Assembly (NCBI GenBank): GCA_009859145.1
Contig: VRVR01000027.1
Location: forward strand, 112,981 to 176,980
DNA from: Andalucia godoyi And28
Taxonomy: Eukaryota > Protista > Jakobida
Direction: 5' to 3'
DNA: 64,000 bases
In this document: positions 44,401-54,205 of the stretch, in pieces
How the letters are laid out: each line of letters begins with the position of its first letter
How positions within the stretch are numbered: the first letter of the stretch is position 1
Translations under genes and position numbers: made by a program
Notes under the pieces: generated by a model
Database searches by the model: none
What the model was told of the DNA's origin: nothing
Seen by the model: the letters and a program-made list of their open reading frames with translations, nothing else

Positions 44401-46525
44401 CTCTGCCATTCTCGGAGCTTCTCTTTTCCTGCTGTTCCTTGTTCCGATCTGCTTCCTGCTGCCCGCCATTCGTCGAATCAGAAGCGAGAGAAAGTGTTTG
44501 TATGATATTGTCGCGAGTCTGCCAAAGGCGGATGCATCGCGGACAGCTCACAACTTGGCAACACAGTTTGCGCAAGACCGAGATTCTGCAGTGATCATGG
44601 AAGACGATTCGCAATTCATCATCTCTGCGTTCCAGTCATACTCACTGCTCTGGACCCTCGCTTGCATTGTCCTCTTGCTTTCTGTACTCCTCCTCGTCGT
44701 TGTGGGATTTTCATTGGAGCAATACTTGCTTTACAACAACACAAAAGGAGTGGGCTACGAGATCCTTGCGCCCATGGAGGTGTGGCGCATTTATGCTTCT
44801 GGAACGGACCTGGGGTGCGCAGCATTATTCTATCCGCTTCCGGCATCTATTATGGCAAGTATCATTGCAGGTCATGGGCAGTATGCCTCGGATTTGTCGA
44901 GTGCGCTTGATCGTTACCGCTTTGGTGTTTCGAGTCGAAGCCAGGTGGGTATTTTTGATATGACGGATTCGTCTTTAAAAGACGCATTCCGTGCACCTGC
45001 TTGTGTCCCATCCACGGCAGCAGCCTGCATGTCCCCCGAAAAAATTGCAATCGCACAGACAAATTGGTTTTCTGACCTGGGAAGGCTTCCTCTCGCAACC
45101 TTGAAAACAACATATGCAAATGCGGCCACGCTGACCAGACTGGCAGACTGGGACAAGAGATTGTCGGAAAGTGTAATTAGCGCCTCTCAGACGCTTACAC
45201 AGAACGAGATCGACATTCTCCGTGCAGTCGAAACTCGCGTGACAATTTACTATGCCGTTTCTCTGCTCGTGCTGCTTTTTGGTATGATGCTCATCATGAT
45301 TCCAGTGTCGTTGCGCATTGAAAATGAAAACAGGCAAGTGTTGTTGCTGCTGACGCTGCTGCCGAAGAAGACCGTCTTTTCCAATGGTCGCTTGTTTGTC
45401 CTGCTTTCAACAGGAGAGATCATCCAAGCAAAGGAAGAAGAAACCGACGCAACGTCGCTCAATCTGTCGGAAGCTCTGACAGACGCGGTAGTGCAAGTCG
45501 ACAAGAACGGCGAAGTGGAACTTGTGAATCGCGCTGCAGAAGTGATGTTTGGTCGTCCGAGAGATCAGTTGCTTGGCCGGTCCGCGCGTACGCTGTTTGC
45601 AATTTCTAATCCTGCTGAAAAGGCAGCTGTGGATCATGTGTTCGATATTCTGAAGGCAGCAAACTCGGATCGGACGGAAGTGCAGTTGAATATGCTTCGT
45701 CATGAAGATGCGTCAGACGTTTCGTTCTCTGCAAAGCTCACTGTCTCGCTGCAAGGGGGATACCTGATTTTTGTCGTCAAGGATCGGACGGGGGAACATC
45801 GACAAGATATCGTGCTCAAGGAGGAACAGAACCGGTCTGAGGGTTTGTTGCACCACATTTTGCCAGAAGAAGTAGCCATCCAATTAAAGAACAGGAACAT
45901 TGCGGCTTCGCAGACGACATCTTTGTCGAGTACCGCCACTGGTGGCGCTAGTACCACTTCGCTTATTGCAAAACGATATCCACAAGTGTCCATTTTGTTC
46001 AGCGACATCGCCGGTTTCACAGAATCCATCAAGAATGCTTCTCCGGAGGAAGTTGTCAGTGTTCTGAATCAGCTTGTCGTCCGCTTTGATCGCATTTGCA
46101 AGAAGCACCGTGTCGAGAAAATCAAAACAATTGGCGATGCCTTCTTTGCCATTGCCGGATTGGACAGCAGTCGGTCGGACTGTCATGCCGTCGATGCCGT
46201 CGAGTGCGGTTTAGAAATGATTGCCTCCATTCGAGAATTTGCCCTCACAACTCCGCTGGCTGCGGAATGGAATGTCCGCGTAGGAATCAACAGTGGGCCC
46301 GTGGTTGGCGGTGTCATTGGCGAAGACAAGTTTGCCTTTGACTGCTGGTCTCCCGCCGTCAACATTGCTAGTCGCATGGAAAGCACTGGCATGTGCGGCC
46401 GCGTCCAAGTCAGCAAGTCAACTCTTGCCCTTCTAAATGAGATGTACTCTTATGAAGAACGGGAACGGGTGTTTGTCAAGGGCGTTGGAGAAGTTTCCAC
46501 TGCCCTCATCATTAGAAAGAAGTAG
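41456..46525 (+). CDS. Large multi-pass PAS-domain adenylate cyclase (intact)
   Basis: 1689-aa ORF. TM bundle, LREYALFTLNILRD..RAEELLEMAE, PAS (LTDAVVQVDKNGEVELVNRAAEVMFG), LFSDIAGFT...EKIKTIGDAF...FDCWSPAVNIASRMES. The Lys in EKIK and Asp in FDCW indicate ATP specificity. Confidence 0.95.
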   Translation: MDFDNFERDSDFQDTDLQDDRLEGSNTNSATVFHRIGKHALPFDPRTTAGVLVGASLVQFIILAMKPLWNSSALTGSPTDTALSVMFSVVQPDLLLPTANLQLLWTLVGGLLFTVLCGFYIWNVTGLLRNHESVVFGLKWLNLVSWIMHSVFAIPGYMLFLRSVTCHLDSAFDAVCWSSSFSIATQMFSALSLVLLTTTDIIHSFLFIQTRFNETTAPFAHNDIFSVGGFCVARLVCCVLYVFCAAYPKDSAAWLPSCFQVLVCFYFGKLFHVRLPMLYLKANFLYSIGLWTAGGISLTAFLFSAFSSSSSRSSWAFGFLFSIVIFPAGATYFWHSYVQYIRKLLDSCSLKNPGASYRKNRVLPEEAKMAAAGSSSLVNEEDDVSEADSTQSSLGAGASNFSGVNSGTTNPTAVGLFAAKFHDFFTLERACRVAVAQDPYVHAMCRHMLQAELRRSTYPTPVFLHYALFLMNYCPHERSSLFNVMTDIERQGLSKWWHLLLFNAARYDLRISMLSGFSEESREISVQLKVVQKGRRILECLVLRFFRDIAKNKVSPESMIGLSSVIFNRTELLRLQLRTLTERFPRSAAVLREYALFTLNILRDSVRAEELLEMAEQYECENDTRQDKDSGCKGDDLNSQFASSPVTKPVPNPHLDANCGTRKVDDASRRVRMVEARQQDLSTDSNDMSHSITTLGILEKNSFAKNLPVQSGSNRRRRLSTLEADSPAIQDGGKLPIFSDTESDSRRLYDEDVEKLSSHGGSSAVSSTKDASLREKVQKYRSRSVWLMITAMSLTVFILVVMMSVAFGLIYSLINKLDSSVTEVYKAAQLNQLGQTFGMRSTLMFAQTNFGLNDSYATTSTLQANLLNLAPSLLDDLVVKNPPVDNPTLLRLWKEETVILTGDDFRRAPFSAWDSLVLEMQRLRTVTNLQFPSYALLNSVVSSTHLFLVLNAAPIGNAYQKIVEEYISRFGDIFRSQMIVTNSAILGASLFLLFLVPICFLLPAIRRIRSERKCLYDIVASLPKADASRTAHNLATQFAQDRDSAVIMEDDSQFIISAFQSYSLLWTLACIVLLLSVLLLVVVGFSLEQYLLYNNTKGVGYEILAPMEVWRIYASGTDLGCAALFYPLPASIMASIIAGHGQYASDLSSALDRYRFGVSSRSQVGIFDMTDSSLKDAFRAPACVPSTAAACMSPEKIAIAQTNWFSDLGRLPLATLKTTYANAATLTRLADWDKRLSESVISASQTLTQNEIDILRAVETRVTIYYAVSLLVLLFGMMLIMIPVSLRIENENRQVLLLLTLLPKKTVFSNGRLFVLLSTGEIIQAKEEETDATSLNLSEALTDAVVQVDKNGEVELVNRAAEVMFGRPRDQLLGRSARTLFAISNPAEKAAVDHVFDILKAANSDRTEVQLNMLRHEDASDVSFSAKLTVSLQGGYLIFVVKDRTGEHRQDIVLKEEQNRSEGLLHHILPEEVAIQLKNRNIAASQTTSLSSTATGGASTTSLIAKRYPQVSILFSDIAGFTESIKNASPEEVVSVLNQLVVRFDRICKKHRVEKIKTIGDAFFAIAGLDSSRSDCHAVDAVECGLEMIASIREFALTTPLAAEWNVRVGINSGPVVGGVIGEDKFAFDCWSPAVNIASRMESTGMCGRVQVSKSTLALLNEMYSYEERERVFVKGVGEVSTALIIRKK

Positions 46526-46625
46526 AACCTGTCTATTTAATGTCAAATTCGAAGTTGTTTGACGTTGTTGCTAACTGTAGAACGAATCAGTTTTGTTTTC
46601 TGTGCATCGCACTGCGTCAATTCTG

Positions 46626-46645
46626 CCCCCCCCCCCCCCCCCCCC
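46626..46645. repeat. C20 / G20 homopolymer
   Basis: Run of 20 C, 100 bp after the cyclase stop codon. Confidence 0.95.
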
Positions 46646-46905
46646 GTACTGAACACAGATTTCGATTTTTGTGCGATACAATTGATGTTGCATCATTTCT
46701 GTAAACTACACTGGAGGAGCAGCGTAACGAGATCCCGTTGAATTCACGGTTAGAAGGATTGCAGCATACTAGCGGCTTGAATGAAAAGAAAAGAAGAAGG
46801 AGCGACCAAACGGGGATTGAAAATAAGGTCATTGGTTAACTGTGGCAAAATGTTCGTTTACGTATATAAGTGACTGTACTTTTCAGAGACAAAAAGGTAA
46901 CAAGG

Positions 46906-47822
46906 ATGCGGAGTTCGATGGAAGATTTGAGACATCCACCGAAAAACCTCTCTGTTCAGCGACTCAATGAAATGCTGGAGAAGTTCGGATCGGGGCAAAA
47001 TTCAAGAAACATGCCGTTGCAATTGTCTTGAATTTTCTGTTGATGTTGCTTGCCACGTTTGAACATTGCAGGTGTTTTCTCACCGGTTCTGTTTCGAAGT
47101 GCCCATTGTGCAGTGCAGCAATTATCGCTGAACGTGTCATTCCAAACTTTCAGTTCCTTGCATTCTTGACACCGGATGCGGACCAAACGCGGAATGGTGG
47201 ATCTTGCAAGTCATCCAAGGTTTCGATGGAGGACAAGTGCAGTGTTTCGGAGAGCCCCGTTGACCCTTCTTTCTTGCCAATTGCGGCTTCCGATTATGGA
47301 TTGGGTCAACAAGAAGCACCAGTCGAGCATGGATCAAGTGGCGTTGCTCCCAGTCCCGTTCTCGCGAAAGTGGAACGATTTTCGAAAGAACGATTCTGTC
47401 GTTTTCTGGTCTGCTGTTCGATCGTCCTGCTTGTTTGGACAGTCATTCTTGAATTGCTGGTCAACGTTACCGACACGTCCTCGTGTTCGAGTGGAACCGA
47501 TGTTATTGGAATGTCTCTCAAAGAGTGGTGTGCGTGGTGCACCGTGGCCGAGGTCATGCCTGCCGTGTTTGTGATTTGTGGTTTTCTTGCTTCTCGTAAT
47601 GAAATGTCCAGGTTCGTCCCGTGTTCTGTCTGCTGTGTTGTTTTCATCCCTTTGCGTTTGACTCTCGTGTCTACGGGCTTCGTCGTCGTGTTTGGCCCTT
47701 CTTTTAACTGTACTCACGATGCCCCTGCTTTCTGGTTTCTTTCTTCTTTCTACTGCGTTCTGTCCATTCCGCTCGCCACTTTTGTTCCCCTCCTAGGCGC
47801 ACTGCTTCACTCTGGAGCATGA
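46906..47822 (+). CDS. Membrane protein with degenerate or frameshifted N-terminal RING-like region
   Basis: The 47028-47822 ORF has HCRCFLTGSVSKCPLCSAAII.ERVIPNF and about four C-terminal TM helices. Upstream frames contain TCRCNC...ACH and an ATG at 46906. Confidence 0.5.
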
Positions 47823-48036
47823 TTGCGATGCGAGGATAGGAAGAATGGTTGGGGAAAGATTGTTATGAGCGGTCTTTGCTCAATGTAAGGAAATGCCCTG
47901 AACGTATCCCGACACGGATGTGACCACTTACAATGAAATCTGATCTGTAGAATGGAAAATTGCAACGTGGAAAAATTATGATTCATTTGCAGAATCGAAA
48001 CTGTGACTTGCTTATTATCATCAAAATCGAATCCTC

Positions 48037-50038
48037 TCAGTCATGGAGTTGCTCCTGCGTTATAGAAACATCCGCAGTGGAAACCGGAGGAGCGACTACC
48101 ACGTGTCTTGCGGACTGTCGAATAGTTTGTTTGTCCACAAGATTTCGATAGATACCGCTGCTATCGGCCATCAACGATTCGTGAGTTCCCTGCTGCGCAA
48201 TATGGCCTTTATCCATGACGATTACGCGATCTGCCATTTGCACAGTTGCGAGCCGATGGGCGACCATAATGACTGTTCGACCTTGGATCACACCCGCAAA
48301 AGCTTCTTGAAACGAGTGTTCAGCTTCTGCATCGAGAGCAGAAGTAGCTTCATCGAGAAGGATGACCTCGGGTTGCCGAAGAATAAGCCGAGCGATGGCG
48401 ATACGTTGTTTTTGGCCGCCACTCAGTTGAACCCCTCGCGGCCCGACAACGGTATCATAACCGTCAGGCAACGAGATGATGAAATCATGAATCTGTGCTA
48501 TTTTGGCCGCCTGAATGATGGACTCCGCTGAATGCTGCGACGCGTTCGACGCCGACGCACATCGGATGTTGTCAGCAATGGTTCCACTGAGAATCGTTGA
48601 ATCCTGGTTCACGATGCCTATGCAAGACCGAATGACCTTTTCGTCCATACGTGCGATATCGCTTCCATTGAACAAGATTCTGCCTGCGGATGGATTGTAC
48701 AGTCTCAACAACAAATGCAGGATAGTGGATTTTCCACCGCCCGAAGCACCGACAAGAGCAACTACTTCACCCTTTTGAACCTCGATTGACACGTCATTCA
48801 ACACCGAAATGTTTGGTCTGGATGGATACTCAAAGTGCACATGCTCCAGTACAATTTGTGGAGGAATTGATGTTTCTGAAGCGATTGATGAGGGTCGGTC
48901 GTCGGAAAGCAGATTCCCAGCCTCGGCGTCAGAGATGCAAACGTCGGTAGCCATGCCATTCTCCTCAGAGTCGCTCGACAATTGTTTTGCCAACGCAATA
49001 TCCATCATGTCTTCCGCACCCCCAACGGCCCGCATGAAGTCACCGGCTTGATGAGAGAGAGCTCCAAGTGCGTGGGCAATCAAGACCGCATACAAGACAA
49101 ACGATGTCAAATCTCCCACAGACAGGTGTCCATCTTTCAGTAACTTTGCTCCGTACCAGAACACCAGAACAATCGACATGTAGGAAAGCCACTCTGCGCC
49201 ACCTTGGAAAATTCCCACAGCGATCGCCATTTTCTTTCCCCACAAGTACGACACTCCAGTCGAAACATCGCACCGTTCCTGGGCCAGCGACTCTACGCAA
49301 AATGACTTGAAGAACCGAACATTCGAAAGGGCTTCCTCTGCATAGAAATTTGCAGCCGCGATGCTCGTCTGATACGACCTCGAAAGTTTGCGAACGATCA
49401 TCGAGTACACAACTGCAGCGACAGCCAGAACAGGAAACACAGAACTCATCACAAGAGCCAGAGTCCAGCTGACATAGAGTAATATCGCTATTCCACCAAC
49501 CGCTTGAATCGCAAATCTCACAGCCATGGGTAAATGCAGGGACGTAGCCGCTCTCAACAGCGCAGTGTCCACGGACACCATCGAGGAAAGACCACCAGGA
49601 TTGGGATGGGTGTCAAAAAAGGCAACAGGCTTCGATAGAAAAGGCAGAAACCAAAAGAGATCGAACACGCGCAGTTGTGCGCTCTCCCGCGTATGCAAAC
49701 AGGAATCCTCGCAGCGAAGTACACAGTGCACCAACCGAAAGTACGATCGTGAGAACACCAGCCCGCGCCCCGAGCTCGGATTCCGATTGCGCATCAATGA
49801 GAATGCCGACACTCAATGGGACATACAGGTTCACAGCCACGGAAACCAACAACGCTGCAAGACCCATGGATAGTAAATGCCACTCAGGTTTGCAAAGCAG
49901 CATGTATCTCTTGAAGAGCGAAAACGAAGATTGCAGACGAGAAGGCGGGCTCGTTCTCGGGGCAGCGCTCCCATCCTCGTCGTTGCCAGATGTCGGTGAG
50001 CTATGTGGAAAAGACCGTGGGTAGTACAGGGCCCTCAT
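48037..50038 (-). CDS. ABCB-type half transporter (TMD + NBD, ABCB10/Mdl-like; single frameshift at 49639-49642)
   Basis: Walker A GASGGGKS, signature LSGGQKQRIAIAR, Walker B ILLDEATSALD, AHRL. Removing one base gives AGERTTARVRSLLVSAFLSKPVAFFD, the canonical ABCB segment. Confidence 0.9.
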
Positions 50039-50073
50039 TTCGATCACTGATCATGCGAAAACGACGCAAAAAA

Positions 50074-50168
50074 GGACTAGGAAATTTTCAGACATTGAGT
50101 GCCGGCGTACTGTCTGACTGCAGCCCGAGTCCAGACTCCAGAGAAGTTGAGGCTAGGAAATTTCAGAC
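50074..50168. promoter_or_regulatory. Duplicated motif GG(A)CTAGGAAATTT(T)CAGAC in the divergent ABCB / P-ATPase intergenic region
   Basis: Copies at 50074-50093 and 50151-50168, with a third near-copy at 24312-24327. A regulatory role is inferred from position only. Confidence 0.3.
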
Positions 50169-50314
50169 GGCGGAGAATTTGTCCAGCGCGGCGGCACCAT
50201 CGGGATTACCTGATATGGAAGCCCCCGTTTTTTTGTGTCAAAGCAAGACTGTCCCGGATGGGATTCGAGCGAATTCCTTTTCGGAATTGCCCGTGTTTTG
50301 CAGTTGCCAACACG

Positions 50315-53300
50315 ATGTCGGCGCTCGAAGCCGCCGAATCACAACAAAGCCTGGTGGGCGGGCGACGCGTCGTCGAACTGTCTCTCTTTCTTAACTGTTC
50401 GTCGCATTCCTTCCTTTTCCCATCGGACGTACGGCCTTCCTCTCCACCTAAAGTCACGGCGAAAAGCTCAGCTATGGCGTCCGCATCAGCGTCGGCTCGC
50501 GTGCCAGTAGCGTTTGAAGAAATGCGGCAGTCACTGGACCTTGAAGGTCGCAGCGTCTTGCTCAGCCGAATGCAGTGGAAATTCGATACGTGCAGCGAGT
50601 GCTCCCCTGCGGGGCCCGATTCCGTCGTCACGCAGTCTTCGGCAGAGTCTGACAGCGTATCAACCGCAGCTTCCAGTCGAAAAATCGAGAAACTGCTGCG
50701 TGCACCGCAACCAAAAGACATCCTCGAGCACAAACTGTCAAATGCAGAACTGGGGCGAATCTTCCAATCAAATTTGAGCAGCTCGAATGGCGCAAAATCA
50801 GGAGGTCTGTCGGATCATGCTGTGCAACATCGCGCGGCACAGTTTGGTCCAAATGCACTGACTCCGCCCAAACGTCCTCCTCTTCTCTTGCAGTACTTGC
50901 GACACTGCACGGACCTGTTTTCTGTCATGCTGCTCAGTGCAGGTGTTCTTTCGTTTGTTCTGCTGGCCCTGGATCCGACTGCGCCGATCAATGTATGGTT
51001 GGGACTAGTGTTGATTGTCGTTGTCGTCATCAACGCGTTCATTTCGTTTGCACAGGAACGCAAGTCCTCCAGGATCATGGAGCAGTTTCAGAACATGCTG
51101 CCACAGGCATGCTCCGGCCTGCGCACTCCGAAAGGAGAGCACCGAGTTTCGGCAGTTGAACTGGTTCCTGGGGATGTTGTCCATCTCAAGGAGGGAGAGA
51201 GAGTCCCAGCAGACATTCGGATTCTGGAGAAAATGCTTGCCTTTCGTGTCGATAATGCGTCCTTAACAGGCGAGGCCGAGCCCCAGGAGCGAAATGCCGC
51301 ATCCGCCCAGTCAGAGAATCCACTCGAGGCATCGAACCTTGTGTTTTACGGCACGTTCGTTGCGTCTGGCGAAGCGTATGGCATCGTTATTCGCACTGGG
51401 GATGCGACGGTGATTGGACAGCTTGCGACGATCACGTCTCAGGAAGCGAAGCAGGCGTCAACCTTGTCCGTCGAGATTGGTCGGTTTGTGAAACGCATGG
51501 GTGTTGTTGCTACGTGCTCAGCGGTAGGTGTGTTTGTGTATGCGGTTGCCTATGGCTTCCCAATCCTGATGTCCTTCATTATTGCAATTGGCATGGTCGT
51601 GGCGTGGGTTCCACAGGGCCTACCGGCAACGGTCACAATGCTCCTTGCTATTGCTGCTAAGAAAATGGCCGAGAAGAAGGTTCTTGTCAAGGATCTACAG
51701 GCTGTCGAAACCTTGGGCAGCATTACGTGTTTGGCGAGTGACAAGACTGGCACTCTTACGCAAAACAAGATGACGGTGACGAATCTGTGGCTCAACAAGA
51801 AGCACTACTTTGTGAGTTCAGCCATTGCTGGGCCAATGAAATCCGCGCTCTTTGACGAAGTAGAGCCAGCAATGGTGCATCTCGACGAGGAAGGTCACGG
51901 TGAGGCTTGCGAGCCGTCGCGAATTCGACGATTTCCAGGAATGGACAGTGTGGAAAATGCGGATCTGCTCCTGCGCTCGTGCCTCATCTGTTGCCGTGCA
52001 CACTTTGATCCAGTTGCCAGCGAGCTCGAGCGCTCCACTCCACTGCAGCAGCGGAAGATCCTGGGCGACGCAACGGAAACTGGTTTGTTTCGATTTGCTG
52101 TCGAGTTTCATGGGATTTACACCGGTCCCCTTCGGAAGATCTTTGAAATTCCGTTTCACTCTGACAGGAAATGGAATCTCGGAATCTACCGATCCGTGGT
52201 CCAAGAATCCTCAGCAATCAAATCTGCTGAGAATCCCGCGGCGGATGATGTTGCAAATGATCCTCCAGTATTGTTGATTAAGGGGGCTCCGGAGCGCATC
52301 TGGGAGATGTGCAGCCACTACGTCGTTGGAAGCGATCGCGTTCCCATTGGCAAAGAATGCGAGCAAATGTTTATGAATGCTTATGAACAAATTGCTGCGC
52401 GCGGTCTTCGTGTTTTGGGCTTTGCCATGCGTGTCTTGGACGACAGCGAGGATTTCCGACATCCAGATTTCGCGTTCCGTGCAGAGCCCCCAAACTTCCC
52501 TCTCACAGGAATGACGTTTGTGGGGCTTGTGGGCTTGATGGATCCTCCCAAACCTGGAGTGCGAAAGGCGATTGCAGAGGCCACAGGTGCCGGCGTCAAG
52601 GTTATGATGGTCACCGGCGATCATCCGATTACTGCCCAGGCTATTGCGGACGATGTTGGCATTCTTCGACATCCTGTGGTGGCCTTGCCTGATCTTCGAC
52701 AGTTACCACTGTCAGAAGGTCTTTATGATCGCGGAATTGTTCTGCATGGCTCGGTTCTGCCGCAGTTGTCTGATCGTGATTGGTTCCAAGTGTTGCAATG
52801 TCGGGACGTTGTGTTCGCGCGCACGTCGCCCAAACAGAAATTGGAAATTGTGCTTCGCTGTCAGTTGCATGGACATGTCGTCGGCGTTACCGGCGATGGT
52901 GTCAACGATTCGCCAGCGCTGAAGCGCGCCGATCTGGGAATATCCATGGGAATATCGGGTTCGGATGTCTCAAAGGAAGCAGCCGCGATGGTGTTGATGG
53001 ATGATGAATTTTCCTCTGTTCTGGTTGGAATTCGTGCCGGTCGCTTGATTTTCGAGAATTTGAAGAAGTCCATTGCGTATACACTGACTCACATCATTGT
53101 CGAAGTAATTCCCATTTTCTTGAATCTGTTTCTCGGATTCCCCATCCCGATGTTGCCACTGTGCATCCTGCTTGTTGATCTGGGCACCGAATTGTTCCCT
53201 GCGGCCACCTTTGCATACCTGGACGAGGAATGCGATTTGTTGAAGTTGCCGCCTCGTGTGTCTGTCCTCCCTTGCGGATCCTCGTCCGGGGCTTGGAAGG

Positions 53301-54034
53301 GCCCGTCATCACCGGGAGATGGAAAGTTTTCTCACGCAGCGGCTCCAGTGGAGCACCGAACTACGACATCAAGGATCCCTTCCGTTGACATGGAGTCGCT
53401 TGTTCGTAGGGACGCACGGCTCCCCGCTGGAGATGTTGTGGCAGCCAAGCCCGTAACCGTTGCACAAGTGCGAAACGAACACGCAATCCGAGAGCGACTG
53501 ATCGATTGGAAGCTTATCGTCTATGCATACATGTACATGGGTATTTTGGAGACATGTGGCGCGACTCTTGCGTACTTCCTCATCTTTTACGTGGATGCCG
53601 GTCTCACTCCTTCCGATTTGTACCAAAGCGGCGGGACCTACTTTTTGTCCACGACAACCGATGACTTTGTGACAGCGCACAAACGCCTTTCTCCCTCCGA
53701 GCAAATGCAGGTGCTGGGCAAGGCTCAGTCTGCGTACTTCATTGGACTGGTGCTGCTGCAGATCATTCATTTGTTCTTGTCGAAAACACGACGGACTCTC
53801 ACCAGCCTCCCGATGATCTTCCAACGGCGGAATGCTTACTCGATTTTGTACAGTCTGTCCATCTGTATTATCATTGTTTACGTTCCCGGTTTCGATTTTA
53901 TTATTGGCACCGGGCCCGCGAACGGCCTCTCGTGGCTGTATGCCCTTCCTTTCGGCTTGTTAATGGTTCTCCTTGACTCTGCCCGCAAGGTGTGCATGAA
54001 GAAGGGGTGGTTGTTGCGCTGGCTCTTTTACTGA
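50315..54034 (+). CDS. P-type IIC-like (Na+/K+ or H+/K+ ATPase alpha-like) ATPase
   Basis: GPNALTPP, VDNASLTGEAEP, VPQGLPATVT, DKTGTLTQNKM, KGAPERI, MDPPKPGV, TGDHPITA, FARTSPKQK, TGDGVNDSPALKRAD, GRLIFENLKKSIAYTL. The start may be ATG 50315 or 50474. Confidence 0.95.
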   Translation: MSALEAAESQQSLVGGRRVVELSLFLNCSSHSFLFPSDVRPSSPPKVTAKSSAMASASASARVPVAFEEMRQSLDLEGRSVLLSRMQWKFDTCSECSPAGPDSVVTQSSAESDSVSTAASSRKIEKLLRAPQPKDILEHKLSNAELGRIFQSNLSSSNGAKSGGLSDHAVQHRAAQFGPNALTPPKRPPLLLQYLRHCTDLFSVMLLSAGVLSFVLLALDPTAPINVWLGLVLIVVVVINAFISFAQERKSSRIMEQFQNMLPQACSGLRTPKGEHRVSAVELVPGDVVHLKEGERVPADIRILEKMLAFRVDNASLTGEAEPQERNAASAQSENPLEASNLVFYGTFVASGEAYGIVIRTGDATVIGQLATITSQEAKQASTLSVEIGRFVKRMGVVATCSAVGVFVYAVAYGFPILMSFIIAIGMVVAWVPQGLPATVTMLLAIAAKKMAEKKVLVKDLQAVETLGSITCLASDKTGTLTQNKMTVTNLWLNKKHYFVSSAIAGPMKSALFDEVEPAMVHLDEEGHGEACEPSRIRRFPGMDSVENADLLLRSCLICCRAHFDPVASELERSTPLQQRKILGDATETGLFRFAVEFHGIYTGPLRKIFEIPFHSDRKWNLGIYRSVVQESSAIKSAENPAADDVANDPPVLLIKGAPERIWEMCSHYVVGSDRVPIGKECEQMFMNAYEQIAARGLRVLGFAMRVLDDSEDFRHPDFAFRAEPPNFPLTGMTFVGLVGLMDPPKPGVRKAIAEATGAGVKVMMVTGDHPITAQAIADDVGILRHPVVALPDLRQLPLSEGLYDRGIVLHGSVLPQLSDRDWFQVLQCRDVVFARTSPKQKLEIVLRCQLHGHVVGVTGDGVNDSPALKRADLGISMGISGSDVSKEAAAMVLMDDEFSSVLVGIRAGRLIFENLKKSIAYTLTHIIVEVIPIFLNLFLGFPIPMLPLCILLVDLGTELFPAATFAYLDEECDLLKLPPRVSVLPCGSSSGAWKGPSSPGDGKFSHAAAPVEHRTTTSRIPSVDMESLVRRDARLPAGDVVAAKPVTVAQVRNEHAIRERLIDWKLIVYAYMYMGILETCGATLAYFLIFYVDAGLTPSDLYQSGGTYFLSTTTDDFVTAHKRLSPSEQMQVLGKAQSAYFIGLVLLQIIHLFLSKTRRTLTSLPMIFQRRNAYSILYSLSICIIIVYVPGFDFIIGTGPANGLSWLYALPFGLLMVLLDSARKVCMKKGWLLRWLFY

Positions 54035-54205
54035 ACGTTCTGAACGTTGCAAGGCTGCCTCCCTGAACTCTCTCGTGGACTGATAAAGATCCTGTTTTTC
54101 GAGTTCGCTCCTGTGAATATTTCAGAAATGCACACAGGACACATGCTCCTTCGAGGCCATCAGAATAGTCATGTCTCTGCAATCGTGTGCCTGTTGAACG
54201 TCGCA

